A stretch of 64,000 bases of DNA. Source: Amphiscolops sp. MND2022. Lineage: Eukaryota. The translations under genes and the position numbers were made by a program. Below the pieces are notes generated by a model. It ran no database searches. It was not told where the DNA came from and worked only from the letters and a program-made list of their open reading frames with translations. Shown in pieces: positions 62,200-64,000 of this stretch (position 1 is the stretch's first letter; the number at the start of each line of letters is the position of its first letter). Where the stretch lies: positions 5,766,001 to 5,830,000 of the forward strand of contig OZ076415.1 in assembly GCA_964187785.1 (NCBI GenBank), given 5' to 3'.

Positions 62200-63322
62200 A
62201 GGCATTTTCTATCACAAATTTTATTTAGCTCTCAATGAAAGCTCACTGAAACGAGGAGTCGTTTCATTATGTAGGAGTTTTAAAGTTCTAGTTCACGAGG
62301 CCTATCAATAATTTGTTAAAAACTGCATAAAAACATTGAAAATTTGAAAATTTTGGGCTTTTTCTCAATTTGGGTGTCAATTTGAGATAATTTTCCTTTA
62401 GAAAACTGAAATTATCTCTTCATAAAAGACTACTAGACAACAAATTCTTTCCTTGTTGACCCTTTTTGACATTCCAATCCACGAAGTCTGTCATAAATTT
62501 GACAAAAGCTGCGTAAAAACTTTGGACGTTCGAAACTTTGGGGTTTTTGTCTATTTCAGTGCCAATTTGAGATTTTTTCAACATAAAAACCGCAATTATC
62601 TCCATAAAACACTACTGAACAACAAATTTTTACTTCGATGACCGTTTTTAACATTCCAATCCTCGAAGTCTGTCAAAACACTTTGAAAATTGGAAAGTTT
62701 TGGGGTTTTTTTCATCATTTTCGGTTCCAATTTGAGATATTTTTAACTTGGAAAACTCTTCGGAAAAGCCTACTGGACTACAAAATCGTTCTTTGTTGCC
62801 ACTTTCTAACATTCAAATCCACTAAGTCTGTCATAAACTTGACAAAAACTGCATAAAAACTGCGAAAGTTTGAAACTTTTGTGTTTTTTTGTCTATTTTG
62901 GGGCCAATTTCAGATATTTTTCAACTTGAAAACCGCAATTATCTCTTCATAAAAGACTACTGGACAACAAATTTTTTCTTTAATGACCATTTTCAACATT
63001 CCAATTCACGAAGTTTATCGAACATTTGACAAAAATTGCATAAAAACTTTGAAAACTGGAACATTTTGGGTTTTTTGTCTATTTCGGGGCCAATTTGAGA
63101 AACTTTTCAACTTGAAAACCGCAATTATCTCTTCATAAAAGACTACTGGACAATAAATTTTTACTTTGATGACCATTTTCAACATTCCAATCCACGAAGT
63201 CTATCGAAACTTTGACAAAATTTGAATAAAAGCTTTGAAAACTGGAAAATTTTGATTGTTTTGTCTATTTCGGGGCCAATTTAAGATACTTTTCAACTTT
63301 TCAATTATCTCTTCATAAAAGA
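62200..63322. repeat. Tandem satellite-like array, ~180-185-bp unit, ~6 copies, decaying leftward to ~61700
   Basis: ATTATCTCTTCATAAAAGACTACT anchor at 62411, 62595, ~62750, 62938, 63124 and 63304. Confidence 0.9.
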
Positions 63323-63462
63323 AGTAGTAGCCTCAAGCAGTAGAACATTATCATAATTAAGTTTTTATCATTTCAAACAAGCATACTTGTTCAATATTGT
63401 AAAAACTTCATTATGATAATTTTCATTTTACTTCAAAAATATGACCATTGAAAACACAACCT

Positions 63463-64000
63463 TCATAAAAAAGACACGGCTGGAAAAGTCGCCATTTGCT
63501 TGATCTTGTAGAAACCTTGACTAAGTGATTTAGCAATTGTTGTTGCGCAACTTTTATAGAAGATTGAGGGTATGCCGTCTGGACCACTTGCTTTCTTTAT
63601 ATCTAGATTTTGACAAATTCTAATAATAGTTGTTTCTGATACATCAAAATCATCAATCGTATCCACAAGCGCGGTTCGGGGCAAAATAGTTCTAGCTCTA
63701 GATTTTATAAGAATTGCAACAAAGTGTTCAGAAAATAATTCAGATTGTGTTGCATGGTCGTTTGCGTAATTATCGTTCAGAAACATTCACGTTGGGGTTT
63801 TCGATTTTTTAAGAGATCTGTAGAATTTGAATAGAGAATCCGTAGACCTCGTATCCGCTAGATTACATTCATACTCAATTTGATACTGTTCGCACATTTC
63901 TGAGCATAACTTTTGAAGATAACTACATCTCCGCCAATTCCTTGGAGTCTTTTTCAGGGCATTCTTCAGTTTTTTTATGACGTTAGAAGTACCAGGTTTC
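63463..64000 (-). mobile_element. LINE ORF2 fragment (pre-RT region), runs off the right edge
   Basis: LDIKKASGPDGIPSIFYKSCA...TFP motif. Confidence 0.8.

Noticed and set aside
62200-63322. CRISPR-like array
   Set aside because: Whole units are homologous, with no unique spacers; eukaryotic context and no cas genes.
1-64000. tRNA/rRNA genes, prokaryotic operons, or a species assignment
   Set aside because: No cloverleaf or rRNA motifs recognised. Spliceosomal introns, BEL/Pao and NIDO indicate an animal, but the species cannot be established from this window.

Overview
AT-rich animal (invertebrate-type) genomic DNA with one 200-N gap, and no CRISPR, rRNA or tRNA that I can support. The backbone is one host gene on the minus strand: five exons (58629-57634, 56740-55726, 38076-36985, 27488-26382, 364 to the left edge). 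They encode a signal peptide, four tandem divergent NIDO-like domains each carrying a ~100-aa insertion, and the start of an IPT/TIG-like domain. All four introns are phase 1 and sit at the same position inside the NIDO domain. Introns 2-4 (17.6, 9.5 and 26 kb) are filled with nested transposons. The main one is a complete-boundary Ty3/Gypsy element, A (1238-21325; ~95% identical LTRs, 4-bp TSD GAAC, ~17 kb without its nested LINE). It carries gag-pol, an env-like glycoprotein resembling class III (chuvirus G / herpes gB-like) fusogens, an extra ORF before gag, extra ORFs after env, and antisense ORF remnants at both ends. A rearranged relative (B, ~39358-50320) has an internal inversion plus deletion and a nested truncated BEL/Pao element. 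Also present: a second Gypsy family (C, D), several CR1/L2-group LINEs, Helentron/DINE-like non-autonomous repeats, an 80-bp-stem palindrome, a 1.2-kb tandem triplication and a ~180-bp satellite. Transposon ORFs are broken by stops and frameshifts. All family assignments come from motif recognition by eye, not database searches.
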